DNA of 64,000 nt from Candidatus Binatia bacterium (GCA_038245295.1 JBBRSP010000012.1:64001-128000), one strand, 5' to 3'; positions 48,291-58,984 are shown, counted from the first letter of the stretch. Translations and numbers: made by a program. The notes: generated by a model from the sequence alone, not told the origin.

Positions 48291-49361
48291 TCAGGCGACG
48301 AAGTGGCTTAGTGCCAGCGAGCAGCCGCGCAACTCGGAACCGGTGGCGCGGCCAATGACGTCGAAGCCATACGCGGTTCGACGCCCAATGTCCTCGGTGA
48401 GAACGGCGAGTGCGCTCCCGACGTTGGCCAGATCGATGTGACACAGCAGACCGGACTCGCCTTCCGCAACGTCCTTGAGAGTCTGCGGATCAAGAAACCG
48501 GGTCCGCAGCCAGGCTGGGCCAACTTTGGCGCGATGCGAGAAGCGACCGGCGCAGCGATCAATGAGCACGTTGTCGTAGTACTGCGAGGAGAGCTCGCTC
48601 ATGCCGTATTCGTTGACCACGTAGTAGCCGGGGATGGCGAAGGTCGACCAGATCGCCTGCAGCAAACCATTGCGCGACAGCACTCGTGGTGCACCCTTAG
48701 CGCCGCCCGTGTCCATCAGCCGGCTACTGTGCGGCAGCCGGAACAACAGATCGCGCTCGCGGCAGTAGTCGAAAAACGAGACAAGCCCCGCGGTCGTGGT
48801 GAGGATACACAGAGGCGCGCCATCGCCTTCGCTTTGCCGAAGTCCCTCGACAAATGGTTCGAACTGAAACACCCCTGGCGTTGCACAACACCGCGAAGAC
48901 TCATCGCCGAAGACCTCGATCGCCCAACTCACCATCTGCGCCAAGGAGGACTCGGGCCAGTCGATGCTTCGCGGTACAAGCGACAGGATCCGCATCTGGG
49001 CGACGTCGGGGAACAGGAAGCGGCGCAAACCCGCAACCGACGCGGCACGATACAAGCGCAGATCCGGCATGGCATGTCTGCTGCGCTGATCCGTTCCCTG
49101 TGTCGTACCGCTGCTCAAGAAGATGCGTTCGGGCACGTCGCACGACAACTGTCGTTGCTTGAACGCAGAGACCGGCACGAGTGGAATATCGCGCCAGCCG
49201 CGCACTGTTGCCGGCGTCGAGCCGCGCTGTTCGCAAACCCGCCGATAGAGCTCGATGTATTCAAATTGATGTTGGAAAATCCTCAGAGCGAGCGGTTCGA
49301 AATGCTCCGCCTCCGGGGCCGCTATGAACTCGAGAACGGTGTCGTGGAGAACGTGCGGCAC
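48291..49361 (-). CDS. LuxE-like acyl-protein synthetase
   Basis: IPLVPVSAFK; FLSSGTT; MDTGGAKG; NEYGMSELSSQ; DLAN; TEDIG; GRATGSELRGCS. Confidence 0.85.
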   Translation of the reverse strand: MPHVLHDTVLEFIAAPEAEHFEPLALRIFQHQFEYIELYRRVCEQRGSTPATVRGWRDIPLVPVSAFKQRQLSCDVPERIFLSSGTTQGTDQRSRHAMPDLRLYRAASVAGLRRFLFPDVAQMRILSLVPRSIDWPESSLAQMVSWAIEVFGDESSRCCATPGVFQFEPFVEGLRQSEGDGAPLCILTTTAGLVSFFDYCRERDLLFRLPHSSRLMDTGGAKGAPRVLSRNGLLQAIWSTFAIPGYYVVNEYGMSELSSQYYDNVLIDRCAGRFSHRAKVGPAWLRTRFLDPQTLKDVAEGESGLLCHIDLANVGSALAVLTEDIGRRTAYGFDVIGRATGSELRGCSLALSHFVA

Positions 49362-49363
49362 GT

Positions 49364-49864
49364 TCAGTCCGCTGCCAGGAACGGTCCACCAAGCTGGCGA
49401 AACGCCTCGTACGCCACGATCGAAACGGCATTAGATAGATTCAGACTACGCACGTGCGGGCTCACGATTGGGATGACGTACGTCGCGTCGCCATGGTCGT
49501 CCAACAGGTGGCGGGGCAATCCTTTGGTCTCGCAACCAAACACCAGATAGTCGTTGCATGCGTGACGTGCCTCCGTATAAGGGCGCGTTGTGCGCGCGGA
49601 GTAAAAGAAGCAGCGCGGCTCTGTCTCTTGAGCGCGTAGAAAAGACGACCAATCGTCATGCACCACGACGTCCACCCATGGCCAGTAATCGAGTCCGGCA
49701 CGTTTGAGATAACGATCATCAAGCGAGAAGCCGAGCGGCCGGATGAGGTGCAAGCGACTACGAGTAGCGGCGCAGAGCCGTGCGATACTGCCGGTGTTCT
49801 GTGGGATCTCAGGCGTCACCAGGACGACGTGCAGCGCCGGCGCGGCTTCAATGAACGGCGGCAA
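49364..49864 (-). CDS. trmL: tRNA (cytidine/uridine-34-2'-O)-methyltransferase
   Basis: PEIPQNTGSIARLC; KRAGLDYW; FGCETKGLP; RSLNLSNAV. Confidence 0.95.
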   Translation of the reverse strand: MPPFIEAAPALHVVLVTPEIPQNTGSIARLCAATRSRLHLIRPLGFSLDDRYLKRAGLDYWPWVDVVVHDDWSSFLRAQETEPRCFFYSARTTRPYTEARHACNDYLVFGCETKGLPRHLLDDHGDATYVIPIVSPHVRSLNLSNAVSIVAYEAFRQLGGPFLAAD

Positions 49865-50318
49865 GCGAGACCGTTTCGGCGCCGCAGCGCAATTGGAAGC
49901 CGCCGTCGTGCGATTCCTCGATACGCTCGGCGAGTTGGTTGTGTGCGGCGCGCAAAAAGCGAGCGCGCTCCGTGCCTTGCTTGACGGCGGCGGACAACGA
50001 GCCGTCGGCGGACACGGCTAGACTGTGCGGGTCCAGAGGCTCACGCGAGTCGTCGTTCAGCCGCAGAGTAAAGCTTCCGTCCTGATTCACGTCTACTGCC
50101 GTAACCACGAAGGGAGTGTCCTCGACGTCGACATCCGCATGATAACGTTCGTCGATCCAGATCTCGTACGATGTTTCGCCAGGCTTACGGCGCATATGGC
50201 GGCTAAACAGGAGAGCCAACTTGGTGTGCACTACGGGTTCTTCGTCCGCGTACCAACGGCCATCACACCGGAACGTGATCTTCGAAGTATGAATCGCGTA
50301 GAAGCCGGCACCGGGCAT
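49848..50318 (-). CDS. DUF1285-like protein
   Basis: DGRWY; VDVEDTPFVV; ARFLRAA. Confidence 0.7.
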   Translation of the reverse strand: MPGAGFYAIHTSKITFRCDGRWYADEEPVVHTKLALLFSRHMRRKPGETSYEIWIDERYHADVDVEDTPFVVTAVDVNQDGSFTLRLNDDSREPLDPHSLAVSADGSLSAAVKQGTERARFLRAAHNQLAERIEESHDGGFQLRCGAETVSLAAVH

Positions 50319-50325
50319 GGGAACC

Positions 50326-50772
50326 TCAGCGGTCGTTCGTATCAAGGATGATGGTTACCGGCCCATCATTGATCAGTTCCACGGCCATGTCTGCTCCGAA
50401 CACCCCGGTTTGAGTCGGCACACCGAGATCTTGCGATCGCGTTGCGAAGTAGTCGTATAGTTCTTCCGCGGTATCCGGTCGAGCGGCATGAGAAAACGAC
50501 GGACGCCGCCCGCGGCGCGTGTCCGCGAACAAGGTGAACTGGGACACGATCAACAAGCTGCCGTTCACGTCGCGCACCGACATATCAAACTTCCCGCTCG
50601 CGTTGGAAAAGATCCGCAGAGCCAGGATTTTTTCGAGCAGTTGGTCGGCCTGCGCGGAGGTATCTCCGTTCTCTACGCCGAGAAGGACGAGTAGGCCGGT
50701 GCCAATGTCACCGGCCACCCTTTTACCGACGCGGACCGAGGCACTCGAAACACGTTGCAACACCGCCCGCAT
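50326..50772 (-). CDS. dtd: D-aminoacyl-tRNA deacylase
   Basis: MRAVLQRV; VSQFTL; GRRPSF; NDGPVT. Confidence 0.97.
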   Translation of the reverse strand: MRAVLQRVSSASVRVGKRVAGDIGTGLLVLLGVENGDTSAQADQLLEKILALRIFSNASGKFDMSVRDVNGSLLIVSQFTLFADTRRGRRPSFSHAARPDTAEELYDYFATRSQDLGVPTQTGVFGADMAVELINDGPVTIILDTNDR

Positions 50773-50787
50773 CAGCGTCGGACGGAC

Positions 50788-50961
50788 CTACTCCTCGTCA
50801 TCGTCCTCATCATCGTCATCATCCCAATCGTCATCATCGTCATCGTCATCGCCGTCGAGATCGTCATCGCCGTCGAGATCGTCATCGTCGCCGAAATCGT
50901 CGTCATCTTCGTCCTCGCCATCGTCTTCTTCGCGCTTCTTCAACCACCACGGATGCAGCAT
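50788..50961 (-). CDS. 57-aa hyper-acidic small protein
   Basis: AAAGGAGG RBS before ATG 50961; MLHPWWLKKR followed by an almost pure Asp/Glu tail; co-oriented with neighbours. Confidence 0.65.
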   Translation of the reverse strand: MLHPWWLKKREEDDGEDEDDDDFGDDDDLDGDDDLDGDDDDDDDDWDDDDDEDDDEE

Positions 50962-51033
50962 GGGGACACCCCTCCTTTCCGACTTGAGCGCCAAAGCGAC
51001 TACCGGCAGCATTTCTCAAAGTCAACCGACACA

Positions 51034-51600
51034 TCAGTGATCGATGACCACCCGAGTGCCGACGTCAACAGCGTCGTAGAGTTTGATGATGTCGAGAGTT
51101 TCAAGCGAGATGCAGCCCTCGGTCCAATCCTTGCCGCGGCGGTTGACGTTGTCGTCATACGTGCCGTGGATGCCGACGGCCCCACCGATCCCAGGGGCCT
51201 TGCCTTGGTTGAGGGGCAGCACTCCGTGGCGTTTCGCCCAGCGATAGATCTCCCAATTCTGCTCCGTTGGGTAACTGAGAAGCATGAAGCGCGACCAGCC
51301 GGGGTGAACATACTTCTTGCTGATGTGGTACTCCCCTTCCGGCGTCCGATGGTCCCCCTGATACAATTTGGCGCCGCGCGGCTCTTTGCCGAGGACAATT
51401 GAGTAGACCTGCACAGGTTCGCTTCCCTCGTAGAGGGTCAGCCGTCGTTGCGATTTGCTCACGTGAATCCAGCGTTCGGGTGTGGGCGTCGGAACTGGCG
51501 TTGGTTCGAGACGCGGAGGTGGTGGCGGGGTTTCGAACCAGGCGCAACCGGGCAGAGCCACCAGAGTCACGAACCACAATCGAATCAACCACCACCGCAT
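51034..51600 (-). CDS. L,D-transpeptidase (YkuD) family lipoprotein
   Basis: Lipobox LPGC; GDHRTPEGEY; IHGT...WTEGCI. Confidence 0.9.
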   Translation of the reverse strand: MRWWLIRLWFVTLVALPGCAWFETPPPPPRLEPTPVPTPTPERWIHVSKSQRRLTLYEGSEPVQVYSIVLGKEPRGAKLYQGDHRTPEGEYHISKKYVHPGWSRFMLLSYPTEQNWEIYRWAKRHGVLPLNQGKAPGIGGAVGIHGTYDDNVNRRGKDWTEGCISLETLDIIKLYDAVDVGTRVVIDH

Positions 51601-51725
51601 TGCCAGCCTCCGTCGACGTAATGCGCCGCCGTTCTCATTCCGCAGATTGCGTTCCTTGACAACCCGAGCGAAGCCCAATAGCTAGGCCGCGTCTTAATCA
51701 GTTGATTGAATCGTCAGCTTGATTC

Positions 51726-52370
51726 ATGCGCTCCGCACTCAAGAAAGCCCGCGCGGCACCGACTTCGACCAAGGCCAGAATTCTGGCCACCGCGGAGGAA
51801 GTGTTTGCATCGAAGGGGTTCGACGGTGCGTCGACGCGCGAAATCGCGGCAGCCGCGGCTGTCAACATCTCGAGCCTGCACTATCACTGGGAATCCAAAG
51901 AGACCTTGTACTTTGCCGTCTTCCAGAATGTCTACGACCGCATCGTCGAGGCGTTGCGTGGCACACTCCCGCAGCCGAGCGAGAGTCGTAGCCGGCACGA
52001 AGTAATCGAGCAGGCGATGGGGACTTTATTCGACTACTTCGCCGCCAACCCAACCGTACCCAAACTGCTGCTGCGCCGGCTCATCGAAAACGAATCTGGA
52101 CACGCCGACGTCGAGCAGCAGGTTCTAGCCCCGGCATGGCGAGTTTTCGCCGACTGGATGCGCAGCGCCAGCGATCCGCCTCTCGCCGGCATCGACGCCC
52201 ACCTGTTCATGCTGACGGTCGAGGGGGTCGTGCTTCTGTATCTCGTCGACAGCCATCATTTCCGCACCGTCCTCGGCGGCAGCGTGCACGACACCGCGCT
52301 GCGCCGCCGCGTTCGCAAATACCTCATCGAATTGGTTCCGAAGATCCTGCAACGGAGTCGCACTGCATGA
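51726..52370 (+). CDS. TetR/AcrR family regulator
   Basis: ILATAEEVFASKGFDGASTREIA...SLHYHWESKETL. Confidence 0.92.
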   Translation: MRSALKKARAAPTSTKARILATAEEVFASKGFDGASTREIAAAAAVNISSLHYHWESKETLYFAVFQNVYDRIVEALRGTLPQPSESRSRHEVIEQAMGTLFDYFAANPTVPKLLLRRLIENESGHADVEQQVLAPAWRVFADWMRSASDPPLAGIDAHLFMLTVEGVVLLYLVDSHHFRTVLGGSVHDTALRRRVRKYLIELVPKILQRSRTA

Positions 52371-53377
52371 AAGCTCTGATCACGGCATCGTTTCACCCGG
52401 ATGGCATTGAACGGCTCAAGCGCCACATGGACGTGGAGTACGATGACTGGCGTGCGCAACGACGCATCTATTTTGACGGCCAGCAGTTCGCCGCTCGCAT
52501 CAACGCGTCTGGTGCCGATGTGGTCATCGTCGAAGCGGACCTGGTGCACGACGAAGTCTTGGATAGCTGCCGGCTCAAGATCATTGGCTGCTGTCGTGGA
52601 GATCCGATCAACATCGGTGTGGAGAAAGCTACGGCCCAGGGCATTCCCGTCTTGTTCGCGCCAGCGCGCAATGCCGATGCGGTTGCCGATTTGACGCTCG
52701 GCTTCATGCTGGCTCTGGCACGTCACATCTTCACCGTAAATGACCTGCTGCGACGAGGCGAAATGCGCTTTCAGAGCACCAAAGACTACCTTTCCGCGTA
52801 CGAAACATATGGAGGGTTCGAGCTCGGCGGTGTAACGGTCGGCATCGTCGGATTCGGCGCCATTGGCCGCGGCGTTGCCAAGCGCCTACGCGGTTTCGGA
52901 GCGCGAGTGGTGGCGTACGATCCGCACGTTGCGGCGAACGTCTTTGCTGCATACGAGACGCAGGCGGTCTCCCTGGAGGCGCTGCTCGATGAGGCCAACA
53001 TCCTCACGGTGCATTGCCCCGATATTCCACAGACCCAAGGCCTGATCGGCGCCGCGCAACTGCGCCGACTCCGCCCCGGCGCGCTGGTCCTCAACCTGGC
53101 GAGAGCCGCCATCCTCGATGAGGATGCTCTGTACAACAGTCTTGTCGAAGGACACATCGCCGGCGCGGCACTCGATGTTTTTCGCGAGGAGCCAATTCAA
53201 CCGGAGAACCGGTTTCTCAAGTTGCCGAACGTTCTGGTCGCGCCGCACCTTGGCGGCGCCACACGCGATGTCGTTCGACATCAAACGAATCTGGTGGTCG
53301 ACGGGATCGAGGCATACCTCAGCGGGCGAACACCCCAGCACATCGTCAACCCAGAAGTCCTCGGGCGCCGCGCCTGA
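52367..53377 (+). CDS. D-isomer-specific 2-hydroxyacid dehydrogenase
   Basis: NADAVAD; GIVGFGAIG; NLARA; AALDVF; PHLGGAT. Confidence 0.9.
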   Translation: MKALITASFHPDGIERLKRHMDVEYDDWRAQRRIYFDGQQFAARINASGADVVIVEADLVHDEVLDSCRLKIIGCCRGDPINIGVEKATAQGIPVLFAPARNADAVADLTLGFMLALARHIFTVNDLLRRGEMRFQSTKDYLSAYETYGGFELGGVTVGIVGFGAIGRGVAKRLRGFGARVVAYDPHVAANVFAAYETQAVSLEALLDEANILTVHCPDIPQTQGLIGAAQLRRLRPGALVLNLARAAILDEDALYNSLVEGHIAGAALDVFREEPIQPENRFLKLPNVLVAPHLGGATRDVVRHQTNLVVDGIEAYLSGRTPQHIVNPEVLGRRA

Positions 53378-53386
53378 GACCTAGAT

Positions 53387-54886
53387 ATGGAAGCGTTCGT
53401 CACACTCGATGCCGGCACCGGCGGCGGCAAGTGCCTCATTTTCAACCGTGAAGGGAATGTTCTCGGATCTCATAGCGAGCGATGGTCCTACGAGGTCACG
53501 TCGCCTGACGACATGCCGATGGTCAAGGAGTTCTCCTTCAACGCCGACGAGTTCTGGGGCGTTCTGAGCCGCTGCGTCCGCACCGCCCTCGCGCAGGCAA
53601 GGGTTGCACCGGCGGACGTCGTCGGGGTGAGCGGCACTAGTCAACGTGAGGGTTGTGTATTTCTCAACAGCAACGGCAAGGAGATCTACGCTGGGCCCAA
53701 CATCGATGCGCGCGGATTTCGCGAGGGGCTCGAGATCCTCGGCACCCTCGGGCCACAACGACTCTACGAGATCACCGGCCACTCTGCGCCGTTCATCTTC
53801 CCCATCGCGCGTTATCTATGGTTTCGCGCGCGACAGCCATCAGCCGTCGCACATCTCTTGATGATCAACGATTGGATCACCTGGCGGCTGAGTGGCGAGG
53901 TCGGAGCGGAGCCGTCCAACGCAACCGAGTCGATGTTGTTCGACCTACGTGCGAGAAACTGGTCGGACGAGATTCTCGAAACCTTCGAGATCCCACGGTC
54001 GATTCTGCCACCGGTTCGCAACCCGGGCGAAATGCTCGGCCGTGTCACGGAGGCAGCGGCACGCGACACTGGGTTGCTCGCTGGAACCCCGGTTTTCGTG
54101 GGCGGAGCTGACACACAGTGCGCCATGCTTGGAGCAGGCGCGGTTGACCCGGGGACGACCGCCGCCACGTTGGGCACCACGACGCCGGTGCAGACAGTGG
54201 CTGATCATGCTCATTTTGACCCACAGTCAGTTCTTTGGGCGGGATGCCACGTGATCCCGGACCGGTGGGTCTTGGAGAGTAACGCCGGAGACACGGGCGA
54301 CGCCTACCTCTGGCTGCTTGACGTCGTGAGTGGGGGAGCCGCACGCGGGGAGGCGCTTCTGCTTGGGGAACAGCTGGGTAGTCAGGGGACCGGGGCTCCG
54401 ACCATGGCATTTCTCGGACCATCCGTATTTAACCTCAATCGCATGGCTCTGAACCGCCCCGGCGGAATTCTCTTTCCTTTTCCGACAATGCACATGCGCC
54501 CGAGTCGCGCCGACTTGATCCGCTCGTTCATGGAGAGCGTCGGATTTGCGATTCGTGCCAATGTCGAGCAGATCGGTCGCGTCCTCGCCGCCGGCCCATC
54601 GAATCTTCGGCTGTCGGGAGGCATGACCCGCAGCGCGGTTCTGGTACAAGCGATTTGCGACATCGTCGGCTACCCGGTGCTTGTCTCGCAGCAGCCCGAT
54701 ACCGCGGCCCTCGGTTGCGCTATTCTGATCATGGCGAATGTTGGAGGCGGCGGCCTGGCTGGAGCGATGCGAGCGATGAGCAAAGGAATGGAGCGTGTCC
54801 CCGATATCGAACGACACGCCGCTTATGCAGCGCCCTATGTAAAGTGGTGCGAGTTGTATGAGAAGGCATTCGACCTGGAAATATAG
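53387..54886 (+). CDS. FGGY carbohydrate kinase (LsrK-like)
   Basis: LDAGTGGGK; TSQREG; GGADTQC; SGGMTRS; AALGCA. Confidence 0.9.
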   Translation: MEAFVTLDAGTGGGKCLIFNREGNVLGSHSERWSYEVTSPDDMPMVKEFSFNADEFWGVLSRCVRTALAQARVAPADVVGVSGTSQREGCVFLNSNGKEIYAGPNIDARGFREGLEILGTLGPQRLYEITGHSAPFIFPIARYLWFRARQPSAVAHLLMINDWITWRLSGEVGAEPSNATESMLFDLRARNWSDEILETFEIPRSILPPVRNPGEMLGRVTEAAARDTGLLAGTPVFVGGADTQCAMLGAGAVDPGTTAATLGTTTPVQTVADHAHFDPQSVLWAGCHVIPDRWVLESNAGDTGDAYLWLLDVVSGGAARGEALLLGEQLGSQGTGAPTMAFLGPSVFNLNRMALNRPGGILFPFPTMHMRPSRADLIRSFMESVGFAIRANVEQIGRVLAAGPSNLRLSGGMTRSAVLVQAICDIVGYPVLVSQQPDTAALGCAILIMANVGGGGLAGAMRAMSKGMERVPDIERHAAYAAPYVKWCELYEKAFDLEI

Positions 54887-54901
54887 AAGGAGCGCGATCT
54901 G

Positions 54902-55564
54902 GTGGAACTTCTGCACACTGTTTACGAACCTGCCGGCGAAGGCCCGCATCCGACGGTCATCGCTTTTCACGGTTGGGGCGCCAACGCGATGGACCTTCTG
55001 GGCCTCGCTCCCTATCTCGCAGGCGGTCGTGTCTTGGTGTTGTGTCCGCAGGGACCGGTCACCGTACCGCTTGGTCCCATGGACGGGTACGGTTGGTTCC
55101 CACTAACCATGGGAGGACCACCTGATGCCGGCGCGTTTGCGGACGGTGTCGGCGCGGCGCGGCGATTCATTCGCGAAGCGGTACTACGATATCCGGTTGA
55201 CCAGAAGCATCTGGCGCTTCTCGGATTCAGCCAAGGAGGCGCGATTGCCTACGCCCTCGGTCTGGCCGAACCGGAACACTTTGCCACGATGGTTGCTTTG
55301 AGCACCTGGCTACCGGCAACTCTGGCGGAGGCCTTGCCCGCAGTGCCGCGGCAACACTTGCCGACCCTTGTTCACCATGGAGCGCAGGATGAGGTGATCG
55401 ACGTTGCCCGCGGTCGCGAATCGGTAGAGCTGCTGAGGACGTTGAACGTCCCTGTGACGTATCGAGAGTTCGGGATGGGACACGAGATCAATGCCGACAG
55501 TCTCGCCGACTTCTCGACGTGGCTGCAAAAACACCTATTCTCGTCGCTCATTCTTCCGGCCTGA
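54902..55564 (+). CDS. Phospholipase/carboxylesterase (abhydrolase_2)
   Basis: FHGWGAN; GFSQGG; HGAQDEVI; MGHEI. Confidence 0.9.
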   Translation: MELLHTVYEPAGEGPHPTVIAFHGWGANAMDLLGLAPYLAGGRVLVLCPQGPVTVPLGPMDGYGWFPLTMGGPPDAGAFADGVGAARRFIREAVLRYPVDQKHLALLGFSQGGAIAYALGLAEPEHFATMVALSTWLPATLAEALPAVPRQHLPTLVHHGAQDEVIDVARGRESVELLRTLNVPVTYREFGMGHEINADSLADFSTWLQKHLFSSLILPA

Positions 55565-55588
55565 CGGCAGCAACACCGGCCCACAAGA

Positions 55589-56350
55589 CTACTCCTCTTC
55601 GGGCGGGACCAAGAGTGCTTCGCCGAGCGTCTGGATCAACCAGCGATGAGCATCGCCGAAGCGCTTCTCCCAGCCGGGCGACGAGAGCATCGCGTGTGAA
55701 GCTTCCACGGAGACGAAGTCGGCGCCGATGCCCTGGGCGAGTTGACGTGCAGCGTCGAATGGTGTGAGGCGATCGAGAATTCCAGCAACCACCAGCGCTG
55801 GGGTGTCCTGTCGCACCGGTGCTGGCCAGTTACCTTGGAGCAGGAACTCTACCACTCGTCTTGGCTCTGCAGTCGTCAAACCCGATATGCCGCCATCGAA
55901 AAAGGACGATCCCGCATTGGACGGGGGCACCGAAGGTGCGGCGGTACGGAGGCCAAGCCAAGAGCGCGGGATACGGATCGGCAGCGTTTGCCCGGAAAGC
56001 GACGGAGGTAGGATGGGCGCGATCGCTATCGAAGCGCGCGCCAGTTTGCGGCAACGTAGCGCCAGCCAGCCACCCAGGTCGTGACCGATGAGGATCGGTG
56101 GTGACGGAAATTTCAGGATTAGATGCGTAAGGGCGGACTCGTACGCGTCGAAACCATTCGCCGCGGAGATCGCGGCTGCGCGCGGCAACGTTACGGCATG
56201 ACAGGTCCAACCACGATGAGCGAGGAACCCCATCGCCCGACGCCAAATCGCCGCTGTCGACCACAATCCATGCACCAGGACGAGAGATGCCGTGAACTTG
56301 GCGCTCTGGGCGGCAATTGTGTCAATCTCTAATTCGTCCCCGAATTCCAT
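55589..56350 (-). CDS. Alpha/beta hydrolase fold protein, nucleophile Ser apparently replaced (GHDLGG)
   Basis: LVHGLW; PILIGHDLGG; DRLTP; SHAML. Confidence 0.75.
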   Translation of the reverse strand: MEFGDELEIDTIAAQSAKFTASLVLVHGLWSTAAIWRRAMGFLAHRGWTCHAVTLPRAAAISAANGFDAYESALTHLILKFPSPPILIGHDLGGWLALRCRKLARASIAIAPILPPSLSGQTLPIRIPRSWLGLRTAAPSVPPSNAGSSFFDGGISGLTTAEPRRVVEFLLQGNWPAPVRQDTPALVVAGILDRLTPFDAARQLAQGIGADFVSVEASHAMLSSPGWEKRFGDAHRWLIQTLGEALLVPPEEE

Positions 56351-56366
56351 CTGAGTCGCGCGCCCC

Positions 56367-56402
56367 AAAACAAAGAGGCCATCCAATTGGATGGCCTCTT
56401 TG
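56367..56402 (-). terminator. Intrinsic terminator downstream of the basic microprotein gene
   Basis: Perfect palindrome caaagaggccatccaattggatggcctctttg (56371-56402), T-run after it on the minus strand. Confidence 0.8.
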
Positions 56403-56475
56403 CAGAGCCCGGAGGCCCAAGTCTGAGGGGAGGGAAAAATCTCTGGCCTGTGAATGGCCTCAGTTCGGAACCGGA

Positions 56476-56550
56476 CTACTTCTTCTTCTTCGGAGCGGCC
56501 TTTTTCTTCGCAGGAGCCTTCTTCTTCGCTTTAACCTTTGCAGCTGCCAT
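56476..56550 (-). CDS. 24-aa Lys/Ala/Pro-rich histone-H1-like microprotein (MAAAKVKAKKKAPAKKKAAPKKKK)
   Basis: Hand translation; GGAGG 5 nt before ATG; upstream promoter and downstream terminator; below the ORF-track cut-off. Confidence 0.8.
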   Translation of the reverse strand: MAAAKVKAKKKAPAKKKAAPKKKK

Positions 56551-56656
56551 AGGAACCTCCCTTTAGAATTCGATCAGAGTCTGACTTCAATTCAAACTCC
56601 CTCTCCCTCAGACCGTCTCCACCTCACTCAACCATCCACCACCAGTTTCAGGAGCG

Positions 56657-56686
56657 ACTATAAATGCCCAAGGGCTTCGTTGTCAA
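56657..56686 (-). promoter_or_regulatory. Near-consensus sigma70 promoter driving the microprotein
   Basis: Minus strand TTGACA-N18-TATAGT. Confidence 0.7.
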
Positions 56687-57271
56687 CAGAATAATACCGT
56701 TTCTGAGAACTTTTTTTAAAACGGAAAGAGCCTGCACCCGTTACCTTTTTCGGCACCCTAAAATGTCGTTTCGCGATATGATAGCCGCCGAACAACAGAA
56801 GTGTTCTATGCAACCCTCCACAGGTCGGCGAGATAGTTTTCCACAACCGCACGGTATATCGCAACGCGAGCAAAGGATGGATGAATCATTCAGGGTGAAG
56901 CAGCAAAGTAGCCACGCTTATTGCAGGGCCGGGCTGGGGCGCGCCGTGGAAGGGACCCCATACCCCTGCATACCAGGCGCACGAGCACACGGGGCGCCAT
57001 CCAAATGCCGCCGGCCCAAAAAATCCGGGGATTGTCACAGATGAAAACTATTCATCCCCCTGAGGATGTGATGTGACTTCAAGATCGCGCACGACAAGCG
57101 GCTTCGGAGACGACAGCAGGCGCGCCCTATTGCCCAACGGTGGGCGTTTGATTCGCCCAAGTCGGAAGCGACTCAGCCGGCCCCTCACACGTGACGCAGC
57201 GCATTATGCGAGTGCGTGGCACCAACGCCGCCGAGATTGAGCGGCAACGGCACGCTCATGGGCGGCCTTCT

Positions 57272-58561
<1,290 letters not shown>

Positions 58562-58625
58562 TCACGTTTGCCAACTCTTCGCGCGAATGGCATAAGATCG
58601 CGCTCGGTCAGACTAGGAAATTTGG

Positions 58626-58934
58626 ATGGCGCTTATACAGCCCTTGCCGCGCAAATACAAAGGTCATCGGGTCGCGTTTCTCGCGCTCATGGTGGCGTTC
58701 GGTGCTGTCGCCGTATACGGCGAACACGGCGCCAAGCACCTGGGCAAACTTTGGGACGAGCAAACGTCCCTCGAGCAGCAAGCCTTTCAATTGCAGCAAC
58801 ACAACGAGCTGCTGCGCCAACACATCAGCCGCCTCGAACACGACGACGCATATCTCGAGCGCACGGCACGCGAGCGATATGGCTTGGTACGACCAGATGA
58901 ATTGGTGTACCGCGACACCCCGCCGCATCACTGA
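58626..58934 (+). CDS. ftsB: FtsB/DivIC septum formation initiator
   Basis: TM helix, YGEHG, coiled coil, YLERTARERYGLVRPDE. Confidence 0.85.
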   Translation: MALIQPLPRKYKGHRVAFLALMVAFGAVAVYGEHGAKHLGKLWDEQTSLEQQAFQLQQHNELLRQHISRLEHDDAYLERTARERYGLVRPDELVYRDTPPHH

Positions 58935-58984
58935 AGCAACTACGCTTGCAACTCAGCGCGTCGGCTGACTATCGTTAGCTCAGC

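Noticed and set aside
46484..49361. Bioluminescence operon
   Set aside because: No luxA, luxB or luxD homologs present.
50755..51402. Plus-strand 215-aa ORF with an IVIV hydrophobic run
   Set aside because: Antisense shadow of the Asp-rich ORF and the L,D-transpeptidase.
51726..54886. Lsr AI-2 quorum-sensing system
   Set aside because: The kinase is LsrK-like but lsrABCD, lsrR and lsrFG are absent; a generic sugar or polyol pathway is more parsimonious.
56690..57270. Replication origin
   Set aside because: Only one good DnaA box, and no dnaA/dnaN/gidA context.
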